Assembly (NCBI GenBank): GCA_030704615.1
Contig: CM060734.1
Span: 43,214,001 to 43,278,000, forward strand
Length of the DNA stretch: 64,000 bases
Direction of reading: 5' to 3'
Source: Takakia lepidozioides
Lineage: Eukaryota; Plantae; Bryophyta
The position numbers and the translations under genes were made by a program. Shown here one piece after another: positions 1-11,071 of this stretch; position 1 is the stretch's first letter, and the number at the start of each line of letters is the position of its first letter. Below the pieces are notes generated by a model. It was not told the origin of the DNA. It saw only the letters and a list, made by a program, of their open reading frames with translations, and searched no databases.

Positions 1-288
1 TGATGGAGAATCAGATTTGTCACCACCATCCTCCTATGATAATTCCCCCCTGCCATTCTGCAACTCGTAAGTGGTTATATGTGCATGAGCATACATTTTA
101 AAATGGACGAAGCATAAATGTAACTATTCACAAGCATTCATCTTTTCATGGAAACACATTGTACCTCCTCTTTGGGCATTGTAGACGTATCAATGGGGGC
201 ACATCTCCAGCTACACAGCCTTGGATTGCTCTACATACCACTCAGATTGTGTTGAAAATACCTCCAGGGTCATCTGAACCTTAAAACC

Positions 289-366
289 GGGGAATGCTTG
301 CGCGTGAGCCTGGCCGCGTGAGCCTGTGAGCCTGTGAGCCTGGCTAGGCTCACGCCACGTCAGCAA
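289..366. repeat. Left subterminal repeat array (GTGAGC/GCTCAC units, GCTCACGCCACGTCA)
   Basis: Four GTGAGCC units plus GCTCACGCCACGTCAGCA; the same motifs recur at the right end. Probable transposase-binding sites (inference). Confidence 0.8.
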
Positions 367-2987
367 GCTTCCACGTGTTCAGGCCGTAATTCCGTGCTTA
401 CCCCCCCTATTACCGCGGATCAGCTGTCGCCTATGTCCTAATTTTTTATCCCTCTTCAAGGCCCCCACATGAATATTCTTTGTGGCCGAGAACAATGGCA
501 GGTTTGCGGATGAATTATGATTGAGGTCATGACTTTGGAATGAGGAGATCGTCCACTAGAGAACTGAATAATAAAACCAAACATTTTTTTTGGGCAAAGC
601 AGTACATTCATTCCAACACACAATCATTTTTCAATTCCGCAATCCGAAGACCTATTTTAGGCAATCCCCAACTGTACTTACGGGAACGCGCAAAGAACTT
701 GAAAAACAGTTTGGAGATGGAAGCAAAACCAAAATACAATTTATTGAGCCTCGGTACTTGAACCTAAAGAAATATTGGAGGTTTCAGAGGAACCACTTCC
801 AGAGTGTACAGCAATATCATCTATGAATACAGCAGCACATCCATGACGTTTTTTTTTTCCTCGACCTTCATGGAGATGCGAGTACAGTGTTTGTTCGGAT
901 AATACCCGTGCGCAAGCTTCCGCGTAAACCGGCAAGCGGTTCGATCTAGGGGACTCGGGGACATGTAGTATCCTTGGAAACCGAAAGGCGTCTGCTGATT
1001 CGATGACTGGTGCTGAACTCTGCAAAGCAAGAAGAGGAATGGTGGTATATGTTAACATCCAGATATAGACAACGGAAGCCACTATTTCTCGAATGGGAAC
1101 GACACAAGGAAATGTAACATATTTTGCACGAGTACACAAGAACTTACTCACACTCAAAATCGGAGTCCACGTCCAGATCCTCGTCAGGCGCTTCGGGCTC
1201 CTCCAGAAGTCCCTCTGTGGATGGGGCAGAAGTAGTGCCCGACTCAAGCTGACGAAGCTCGCTTGAGAAGAGCTCTGTATCAGCTTCCATGCCGAAGAAG
1301 TGCCTTCCGGCGCTCTTGCAAGCATGAAAACATGCTCCTGCAAATCCAAGAAGAACGAGAAATAAAAACCAGGATTCCCTAAGGTCACTGCCCATATGTC
1401 AAACACAATGTGAAGGGCCCCACCTGTGCCCATAGACAAGTCAACCACTCGTCCACCATGACGGCTGCATGTCTCCACCAAAGTCTGCATGAAAGCTGGA
1501 GATTTCTCCCGTGCACCTCTCCAAGGGACACCATTCGTCCTTTTCATAGTCCGACCCGAGTCGACGTAATTGAAGATAACATCATCCTCCACAGGCTCGC
1601 AGGTGGGGTCAATGTGAGCTGCAAGGTCCCTCAACTGAAACTCAGCAACACCAGCAGGAAGAGTGTCCGTCCGCCTCACCAGGCACAAAGCTTCGAACAC
1701 TCGTGTCTGTCATTAATCACGAAGAGGGAATGAGACAGAAGTCATAACCCACCATTTTGATTTACCGGAAAACCACGAAACATCAATTGAAAGGAACCAA
1801 CTCACTTTCTGCCCCGGGAACTTGCCCTTCGTAAGAGGCAGAGTATTGATGCATGTCCAAGTTTTGATGACACGAAACCCGGAAGCTTTCATGTAGCTGA
1901 AAAGAGTTCTTCGAGCCGACATGTCCTTTGACTGCATGAGACGAAAGGAACTTGTTGCTGAACGAGAAAGCCCACTGCCAGTAACGAGAATCCGATTTGT
2001 TCCAAGTCGGGGTCGAATTGGAAGGAAACACATCAGGGACAGCAAAACCGTCAGGAATGTCCAGCACCACAAGGTCAGTCGCGTATGCCTGTTGAACTCC
2101 ATTCACCCATTCCGGACTTTTTGTGACCTACAGCCAAAAACATGAGACATTGTAAGAAGCCCAATCCAAATCTAACAGGAGATCAATCCCCTGGACAAGC
2201 CACAACAAGCTGCCAAACACAATTATTCATACAACAGTTTAGACATAAGTTTTCACCTGAGTGAGGAATGAAACAAGCATGTCCCACGATTTCGAGGGCA
2301 CCCCTTTGAATGTGGACTTCCTCGACTCCATCATTGAAAGAAAACTTTCATTCAGCACCTTACGATTGAACTGGCCCAAAACCCTGGAGGGATGTTCTCT
2401 CGCCTCGAAAACTTGCTCCCTGGACTTTGAAGTTCTCCTATCCCTCCTTGCAGGAGAAGGCTGTCTTTCAGGAACCTCTGACGGTCCCTGTCCTTGCGGA
2501 GCTGCACTTTTCCCCTTCCCCTTCGGATCCCCGACAACCTTCCCCTTTCGTTTTGGAGTAGCAGTTTTCTCGGGCTCTTTTGCAGCCAGAGCCGAAATGA
2601 TTCTGTCCTGGATGTCTTTCTCAGCCAATGGGGCAATCGCTGCGGCATTGTCGTTCAGGTTTCTCAAAACAACTTCATCGAATGGGGTGTCCTGTTTTGG
2701 CAGGTCGAGGTACCACCCACAGTCTCGGAAGTGCGCCCTGCTCCAGTTTTTGGCAATACCAGCCATGTACATTGTCTTGTCATTGGAGGGGTCAGCCCAT
2801 GAATAGATGAAGTCTGGGTCATCGCTAAGGTACTTTCCCGGTATGAGGATATGATACATATACCTGAATCACACACAAAAAACCCAGACAGTCATTCGAT
2901 CAGAAAACGAAAAAGAACACACATCCGGAAAAAGATATTGAAATGCAGGAAGGCAACACTGAGAATTCTACTTTTGAAATCCCGAAT

Positions 2988-3609
2988 CAACCTTGCGTTG
3001 ACGCAATGTTCATTCGAGCAGAAATGGGGAACACCAAATGATAATGTTGTATTAATAGAGACAACGACTGAGAAGCGCAATTCAACATTGCTTCAACGCA
3101 AGGTTGTTTTCAATCAGAGAGGAAATGGAAAACACTGCCTGAAAACTACCATCAGACTATGTACTGGTGCGGATATTCAACATTGCGTTGGCGCAATGTT
3201 GAAATCCTCTGTTGGAACACATGTCAATGCTATCTCATAATCATAAGTTTCCTACAATTGTATTAAATCGGGGGATGGCTACGGGAAATTTCCAGCAATC
3301 CATACCGCCAAACAACCTTGCGTCAACGCAAGGCTGTTTGTTGGTACAGTGAAAGTTGTAAATAGCATTTCAAACCGACTCCAAACAGTCTTATGTTCAT
3401 CTTGGCAGCATTGGAACTGGATTTGAACTACCCAAAACAACAGGAAAAGCTACATAGCCTGCCACTTCATCAACCTTGCGTTGACGCAAGGCTGATTTTC
3501 CTATCAGTTTATCCCCTTTCACATTCAGAAAAACGGCATTATGGGATACTTAGGTATAGGTAAGGGAAACCAGGACAAAGGGAAACAACCTTGCGTTAAC
3601 GCAATGTTG
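2988..3609. repeat. Six dispersed 24-bp palindromes CAACMTTGCGTYRACGCAAKGYTG in the 876-bp intron
   Basis: Copies start at 2988, 3083, 3178, 3313, 3471 and 3586; the spacer sequences are unrelated to each other. Confidence 0.95.
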
Positions 3610-5489
3610 CTCGACTGCACATGCAGAGCCCTCAGAGATCTCGCAAAGCACTGCAAATTCGCAATTCTTTATGGAAAGAACGACACAAGATTGCAGAAAC
3701 ATCCCTTCAAGCACCAATTTTGATTCAAGGAGGTCACACCTGTACAACACTCGCTTCATTGCTTGCTCGCTGTTGTACTGGTTTTTGAATTCGTAAGACC
3801 TGGAGATTCCTTTCTCTTTCTCAAACTCCCTGAAGAAGCAGTTGTTCCAGACAGCGAGCTTCCATCTCCTGATATAGGCCTCCAGTGTGATCCGGGGGCA
3901 AGCCATCTGGATTTTGTAGTCTGCCATCGACTCAGCAAGTGCAGCCACTGCGCGTTTTTCTAACTGCAACAAGAAAGCTCGTAAGAATTTTCAAGAGGTT
4001 ACGGAGCATCAAAAATGTCTGAAAATGGTTTGGTTCAAACCTTACCTGGCTCCAGAATGTGGCTTTGTGTAGCCACTGGTCGAATGTATGGTCGCTAACA
4101 ACTCTTATTGCTTGTGTCTTCGGGTCCCTCTCTGGAGTTGGGAACATGTTCGTGTCTCTCACAAGAGGATCCGAATTCCATATCTCCAACCACCTGATTT
4201 TGGTTGCATTGTCCACCATTGAAATGGAAAGGCGATGTAGTTTCTCTTGAGTCATTTCTGGCTTGGAGCCATACTTATCATAGTGTGCTTTCACCTGTTC
4301 CAGAAATTCCGTGCCAAGACCTGGGTCTGCTATCCGGATCTGTTTGTCGAATGCACTCATGAGGTTCTTCCTTTGATTTTTCATCTCGAACTTCATAATG
4401 TCCTCAAGCCCAGTTGCAGACCGCTGCTCTTCTGTGTGGGAATCATAGTACTCTGCTTTCGCCTTCAATCCAGTTTCTGCTATTTCTTGCTGCATACATA
4501 ACAGGTAAAAAGAATCAAAGACTGCAATTTCATCACAAAATTTGCAGTATTAACAGGCAAAAGGTGTCAAAAAGCTTACAGTGTACATGTACTCAAGAAA
4601 AGCCTCCCTTGTCAAGCTGTACCATGTGCTTGTCTTCTTCTCAGCACACCTCTTCATCTGCTGAGGACTGAGCACGTTCGTGAATGACTCCAGTGGCATC
4701 AGCCCTACCTTCTGGATGCGGAATAGAGTGTGGCACAGATTGGTCGTCACATGAGATGTTTCATTGGACCTGGAAAAACCTTCAACTCATAAGATGATTT
4801 CAAATTGTCGAAACAAGTAACAGACACAAAGTTGGAAACTTACTTGTTTATGTCGTGCATGGCTGTCAAGAGCTGCGTGACACGTCCTTTGTGATCGAGA
4901 ACCATGGAAACCACGCTCCAGTGCCATTCGATGTCGTCCGAGTGCAAGCTTGAAATGTAATCCATCCAGGCAAGCAGTCTGTGGTTCCCATCCCAGACAA
5001 AAAACATCTTTCCCATGAATGCTTTTGTGGAGGCCTTTTTGGACAGCTTGAACTCGAACTCCCTGTTTACATCCCGCCAGCATGCATCCCAACCTTGCTC
5101 AATGTCCTCTGTTACAAGACACTCCTCTCCTTTCGTGTTCATAGTGGATACGTAGAACACTGCTGATCCCTTGACATAGCCGTGAACAAAGTCGTTCTTC
5201 AACTTCGTTATATCGTTCCTCAAAGCCGGTCGAACAGCGGGCATGGAGATCATCCTGCACAGCGAATGACCAGGTTTCCGCCCGGAACCTCCATCGACAG
5301 AATCACCTTCGACGAGTTCACTTTTTGCCCACCAATTATCTCCTCGGCCTTGTCTTCATAGTTTCCCTCCAATGCATCTTCCTCACCTTCACCTTCGGAC
5401 CCGGCCAAATCTTCCCCCTCGGATTTCTTTTTTCTTTTCCTCTGCACAGAATGAATTATCTATGAGTGACAGATTGAGCACCCATGGAT

Positions 5490-6013
5490 CAACATTGCTT
5501 TGACGCAAGGTTGATTGATGGGGATGTAGTTTAGACTGAAAAGCATACTGGAAAAACTTTTCAAGCAAAAAAGTGCTTTGCGTTGACGCAGGGTTCTTTT
5601 GGGAGCTTCAACTAATCAACTTTCCCTACCTTACATTTCAGGATATGAGAGATCGGACGCCTCCATTGAACAAAAAACTCATCAAAACCAGCCTTGCGTC
5701 AACGCAATGTTGATTCCTGTGCGGCATCTGTTCGTTTCACTATAAGTTCTATCATACACAATGGAGGTAGGCATCAACCTTGCGTTGACGCAAGGTTGAT
5801 TGCGAGCTCTCGGATCGGTGTTGAACACACACAAAAGCTACAGGAAAAGTTGATTGTTGTGTCTTCTTCTTCTTCGAACTTGATGATGCGTCGCAAGCAT
5901 CCATGTCTGTCTAGCTTGATTGTAGAGCAGCATCTGCACTGTTTTCATGCACAATATATACACTTGGGAGGTCGACTTCAACCTTGCGTTGACGCAAGGT
6001 TGATGTCGACCTC
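5490..6013. repeat. Five dispersed copies of the same 24-bp palindrome in the 628-bp intron
   Basis: Copies start at 5490, 5573 (degenerate), 5689, 5775 and 5979; the last extends to a 46-bp palindrome GAGGTCGAC...GTCGACCTC (5968-6013). Confidence 0.95.
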
Positions 6014-6519
6014 AATGCTTAGCAAGAACCAGAAAGAATCAGAGAGAGAGAAAGAGAGTTCATAGCCACCTCCGGTTTCTTCTTTGCACTTGATGATGCT
6101 CCTGACGCATTCAATCTTTCCATTTCGTCTGGAGGTAGCATGCTTCCAAGGAGGTCCCGATGGTGCGAAACAAGGGCAGACGGCATCGTTTCCGCGTCCG
6201 TTTGTTCTCCCTGCTCTTTGAAGACCTGTTTCTCTACTCGCAGTGCTTCCTCCCTAGCCCAGCTCACTTCCTCGTCCTCCCCCCCTTCTATTGGAGGTTG
6301 CTCATCGGTCGCCTCCGGGATCACTTCAAGACCTTCCTCTCCACACTGCGGTTGCAAAATCCTGTTCTGCCCTTCGTCTTCCTCTACGCCGGATGTTTCT
6401 TCTCCCATTCTAAGTTCCCGTCTCGCCTTCCTCATCCTCTCCTTAGCGCGTGCCCTTTGCTTCTTTGATGTGAAATAAAGTGTTCTTCGACGCTTGCTTC
6501 TCCCTCGGAATGGGGTCAC

Positions 6520-7158
6520 CGTCTCTGCAGAATCCAGGGTTGCAAAGACAATAACGAGAAGAGGGAAAAAAGAGGACTATGGGAGGTTCATCGCAAGGCC
6601 TTCAACGCCAAGATGTTCGCTCGCAATGTTCAGTGCGCCACTGACTCATTCCACATGCATGGCGAACACGTGTCCATCTAATCGTTATGAAATATCGGCG
6701 GAGATCATTGGATCCTCATCCATTAAAAAACCGTTGGGGTCTAATCACCTCCCATCTGAAAAAGTTCGTTATTCTGGCATGTTCCAGAGGAATGTCAAGT
6801 GTGTACAGTTGTATAGCGGTGTAGGTGCCGTTAAAATTAAATGGAAATGGGCATCTCTTCTGGCCTCTCTGACATGACAACCAAACGGCGGCTCTGTCAG
6901 TCAATCTGTCAACGAATGCACTGGTGGGGCACTTGTGAAAAAACAGTTGGATTCTAGGATTAGGGCTGACATAATGACCATGCGCTTGGTTTTCATGGGG
7001 AGACATTTCACAGAAGTGGAAACCCGCGTTAGGAGATCTGCAAGCCGGAGCGATACCTGTAATTCTCTGTGAGGACTGCAAAAACTCCGCTCCCACACAA
7101 TTTGCATTCACAAGCACGGTCGGACTGTGAACTCTACTTTCTGAAGCAACATCGACAT
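6520..7158. promoter_or_regulatory. Putative bidirectional promoter between the ParB-MTase gene and the transposase
   Basis: About 640-bp interval between two divergently oriented genes; positional inference only. Confidence 0.45.
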
Positions 7159-10100
7159 ATGGCCTCCCAAGCCATGGGCTGCCTTGACGCGGACTTCTTC
7201 AGTGAGGACCACCCTGTGCCATTTTCTTACGAGGTGGAAGATGATGGTTTTGCGCTGGTGCATGAACACGTCCTCGCAACGCAGTTTCGGTTGGAAAATG
7301 GAACTCTATTTCTTCAAAGGGAAGTGTACGATGGCAATGGAAAACTTCTCAAGTACGTGTTCCAGAAACCTTCGCATACTGCACCAGCCACACAATGGAG
7401 AGTGCCTCCAGGCAGATACAGGGTGCTCAGTGCCCCTCTGAGACAGTCTGCAGGATCTTTCCTTACTCCTGGCATGGCAGCATCAGTGGCCCAGGAGAAA
7501 ACACCCGTGGTTGTCAAGAAGGAGATGAGTACCGTTAACACTGTAGTTGAGCTTTTGGACTCATCCTCTGATGACACATGTGCAATACCGCCCGTGGATC
7601 AGTGGAGGAGATCACCAGTGTCATTCCTAAACTGAAAGCCATGGGAGGGATGGCAGGTTTCAAGAGTGAGTTGAGGGGGATAGACTGGAGCACTTTCAAT
7701 ATTCAGAGGGTGGCATTCTTGCCGGAATCTTTTGATGGTAATACTGTTTTCGAGCTGCCTCCTCCTGGTCGCTTGGGGGGCATTTCTAGTCTCCTGGAAG
7801 GAATGGACAAAAAGCACGATGGGCACCCTTGGTGCCGCACAAAAACCTCCAATATTCACAACAACGACAAACTCATATTCAGGCGAACAGTCTGTAATGG
7901 GCACCTGAAATGCGAGAACATGAAATGCAGACACTTCGCATTGTCAGGGGATTATAGGGAGAGCGTTGACACAGTCTCGCGTCTGATAAGGCAAGAGTTG
8001 GATACCAATCCAACTGGAACCATATCTGCAATTGCCATGGGGGCGAGCAAGTCCTTTCTGGAAAGCCGTATTCTGTGTGCATCAAATTCGGTTGGAGGAA
8101 TACTGGAGGGATCGGCTTTGGACACTGTTATGGACCATTTCTCAACTTTGACTTCTCCAAACATTAGGAATCAGGTGAACGCTTTAAGAATGGGCTCTGG
8201 GAGCCGAGGTTATATGGACAATATTATGGATTTGAAGAAAAGGAGCATGTATGACTACATCCAAAACAGCGTTTTCCCGGGACAAGGAGCCAGGAAAGTG
8301 TTCTTGTTCAAAATGTCCACAAAAGGTGAGGGCAGCGGGGTCAGCCTGGTTAAACGTATGCAGAAGGGTGGTGATCTTGGCAACTGCTTCCTTATGTTCG
8401 ATCATGTCAAGAGGGTTAAAGACTGGACCACAATGGCATGTCATGTTTACGACCCTGTGTACCAGCGGGTCATGACAATTGCAGTGTGTGACATGCAGTC
8501 AGAGGACACAGATTCACAACAGCTCATGTGGGAAGCTCTCATTCGAGTTATGGCCTCCAATGGTCTCCCATCTCCCAATTTCGTTGGTTTCATGGCCGAT
8601 AGTGCTCAAGCTAACTTCAACGCTGTCCGCATTGTGTTCGGGACGGGAGACCCAAAAGTGCCAATGCCTGGAAGAGAACGTACATGTCTTTTCCATTGGA
8701 CACAATCCCTGGACAAACACACAAAGACATACATCAAGCCAGATATGCAGACTATGCATCGCCAACTGTGCAACCAGTACAAGGACGCCAAAACTATGGG
8801 GGAAGCGAATACATTGTTCCGGACAATTCGTGCCTGGTGGTACTCATTGGAGCGGCATCGGAGGACAGCATGAGGGCACTGCAAGACTGGTTCGCATTTT
8901 GGCACTTCCGTTACCGACAGTGGGGAGCGGCCATGACAACGGTGAGTGGTTTGTATTCACCTTCGTTTGGGTGCTTCAGATATATCTTTCAGGGTCCAAT
9001 CCTAATATCGGGTTTCTGTTTTTTTTCCTTGCAGCATATGTCCATTGAGGAGATGGCGGACATGCCTTCTTGCAATCTTGCAGAGACAGTGCACAATGCC
9101 TGGTTGCAACAATCCGGCAAAAAAGGGAGAGATTTGTATGCGGCGACGGCCGATGACCTCATTCGTGCTCTGCAGCAGCAAACCAGATATAGGTCATTCT
9201 TGAGGGGTGGCCTTGGTGGCAAAGGTCCGGACAGGAGCGAGTTGATGTTGCGGGCAGCTGGAAGATCAGGGGATCCCAGCAAAATAGCGCGGGCAGTGAG
9301 CATATGTGCAGATGGCACCCCTCTCGTGGGAAGAGTTCCCCATCTGGAAGGCGAAGAGAGATTCGGGTCTTGCAAACGGAAATTGGACACCCCTCCCGGA
9401 TCGGATGCAGATTCCCATAGGCCGGACAGGGTGAACTTCTCGACGCCACGTGTTCACTTGGATCAGAGATGGAATTGCGGAACATCCACAGGTGAGGGCT
9501 ACTCTGGCCCAAACCGGACCCCTGCATCAAGCATTGTCACTGCAATGGTTGAAGACCACAACGTGGTGCCGCATATAATCGAGTCCATGGGCTTGGACGA
9601 GGTTTGGCATATAGAACGCACAAGTGCTGGATCTCGTGTGAAATGCGTGGCGATCAGGGCCACCAATCATGAAAAATGTACATCATTAATCTCCAGAGGG
9701 AAAGAACGCACTGCAGCTCCTACATTCACGGGTTTGTTTCTCCCTTACGGACAAGGCGAGGCAAAGAACCACAAGTTTTGGTTCTGCGCTGACGATTGTG
9801 GGAGATGTGTGCATGGTACAGTGAGGCCTTCCGTGGTAAGGAAGCCTACTCCACCAACCGTGTGGCCTGTGAAGATGGGCACAGGTCTCACTCACCGAGA
9901 GATTGCAATGCTGGAAGAGGCGGGTTTCTCCCTAGCCAGACATTCCATTGCACGTGAAGGTGCTTCAAGTGGAAGCGGTTCACGGGTACCTCCGCCTGAC
10001 GCTCACTTGTGGCCAACCAGACGGAACGGGAAGCTTGTTCGACGATTCCCTCCAACCGCAGAACACTACGGCAAAATTGAGTCCGCCAGAATGCTTCACG

Positions 10101-10417
10101 CTCGTGTTGCGGGAACAATGGAAGTGCCTGATCCAGGGTATGGTCGGGTCTTCACCATGATCTCATCCGCATCTGCGCTGCAGGACAGGACGCACGAAAT
10201 CACTGTTTCCAATTTTCCCAATTGTACATGTCCAGATTTTGTTGGTATGCTTTCAAGTAGTTTGGGAAAGAGAGGGAAGTTCATACCGTGCAAACACCTT
10301 TACTTTGTCTTCTTGAGAAGGATGATTTGTGATCCAAAGCGCGACTTCTTCATTCACCAAGCCACTATGAGTTTCAACGAAGTCAACACACTTCTACAGC
10401 GGGATACAAGCCCATAA
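7159..10417 (+). pseudogene. MULE transposase (GCM-like DNA-binding domain, DDE core, SWIM finger), frameshifted
   Basis: GCM/WRKY-like DGHPWCRTKTSNIHNNDKLIFRRTVCNGHLKC; D1 in FLMFDHVKR; D2 in GFMADSAQAN; CxxH in CLFHW; E in NLAETVH; SWIM CTCPDF...PCKHLYFV. In-frame intron 8942-9034. Frame changes near 7600 and 8847. Confidence 0.9.
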
Positions 10418-10598
10418 AAATCGGTGTTTTCCTTGACTACAACTTGTAATGGAATGACTATTCAAGTCCAGTGACTCTCAATGTATGACGTCAAACATCT
10501 TTGCTATGCGTGGGTCAATGCATTTGTCGCATTGGTTTGTCATTCTCTTTTCATTAGAAAACACAAGAAACTACCTTCAGATAGACAGATGATCAAAT

Positions 10599-10840
10599 CA
10601 ACCTCGTCTCAACACGAGGTTTACTTGAAGTTCTCCAAATCCTCCTTGTGTTGACACAAGGATGATTTTAGTTCTCAGAAAACAACATCGTGTCAACACG
10701 AAGTTCATTTTTGTTCCAGGAAAACAACCTTGTGTTAACACGAGGTTTTGTTGAAGTTCTCCAAATCCCCCTTGTGTCGACACGAGGTTCATTTCAGTTC
10801 TACGAAATGAAGCTCCTGTTAACAGAAGGTTGAACTCCAG
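10599..10840. repeat. 6 x 42-bp tandem array, each unit containing the palindrome variant CCTYGTGTYRACACRAGG
   Basis: Palindromes start at 10599, 10641, 10683, 10725, 10767 and 10809 (exact 42-bp period). A 126-bp higher-order period is visible (TTGAAGTTCTCCAAATCC recurs). Confidence 0.92.
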
Positions 10841-10927
10841 AAGCCCAAAACCCTTCATCCGTTTCACCTTCATGTGGTGAAATCAGCAGTTCGGGGCTCC
10901 ACGGTTATAGGCCCACCTTCTTTGTGG

Positions 10928-11071
10928 TGACGTGGCATGACCTGGACCAGGCTCACGCCACGTCAGCATCAGCGCCATGTCAGCAGCGTGAGCGTAGGCT
11001 CACGCCACGTCATCATTGTGTGAGCGTACGCTCACACGCTCACGCGCCAGGCTCACGCGGTAGCGTCGTTG
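10928..11071. repeat. Right subterminal repeat array (GCTCAC/GTGAGC units, local palindromes)
   Basis: GCTCACGCCACGTCA twice, TGACGTGGC...GCCACGTCA, TGTGAGCGTACGCTCACA; mirrors the left end. Confidence 0.8.

Larger units (their letters stand above)
741..6519 (-). pseudogene. ParB/Srx-like domain fused to a beta-class N6-adenine/N4-cytosine DNA methyltransferase (N6_N4_Mtase-like); spliced, two apparent frameshifts
   Basis: Phase-compatible GT-AG exons: ~6519-6070, 5441-4844, 4769-4580, 4489-4046, 3963-3740, 2863-2257, 2127-1806, 1706-1424, 1337-1148, 1019-(821 or 741). ParB signature FFVWDGNHRLLAW. Motif IV-like DLVVLDIPDG lies N-terminal to EKSPAFMQTLVETCSRHGGRVVDLSMGTGACFHACKSAGRHFFGMEAD (motifs X-I-II), which is beta-class order. 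Frameshifts near 5280 and 1940 (exon 2127-1806 is 322 nt). True start codon not determined. Confidence 0.82.
289..11071. mobile_element. Mutator-like (MULE) DNA transposon, 10.8 kb, with degenerate termini; carries a transposase and a ParB-methyltransferase cargo gene
   Basis: Identical 9-mer CTTAAAACC at 280-288 and 11072-11080 (9-bp TSD typical of Mutator). Exactly 12 nt inside each end starts an imperfect inverted repeat (left CGCGTGAGCCTGGCCGCGTGAGCCTGTGAGC; right reverse-complement CGCGTGAGCCTGGCGCGTGAGCGTGTGAGC). MULE transposase inside. Confidence 0.92.

Noticed and set aside
1-288. Host gene disrupted by the MULE insertion (with 11081-11300)
   Set aside because: The rejoined flanks give no sustained ORF or recognisable motif.
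2988-6013. CRISPR array (palindromic repeats with unique spacers)
   Set aside because: Spacers are about 60-180 bp and irregular, repeats vary, the arrays sit in spliceosomal introns of a eukaryotic transposon, and there are no cas genes.
741-6519. Bacterial or phage contamination as source of the ParB-MTase
   Set aside because: The gene has nine phase-compatible GT-AG introns and lies inside a TSD-flanked MULE contiguous with plant genes.
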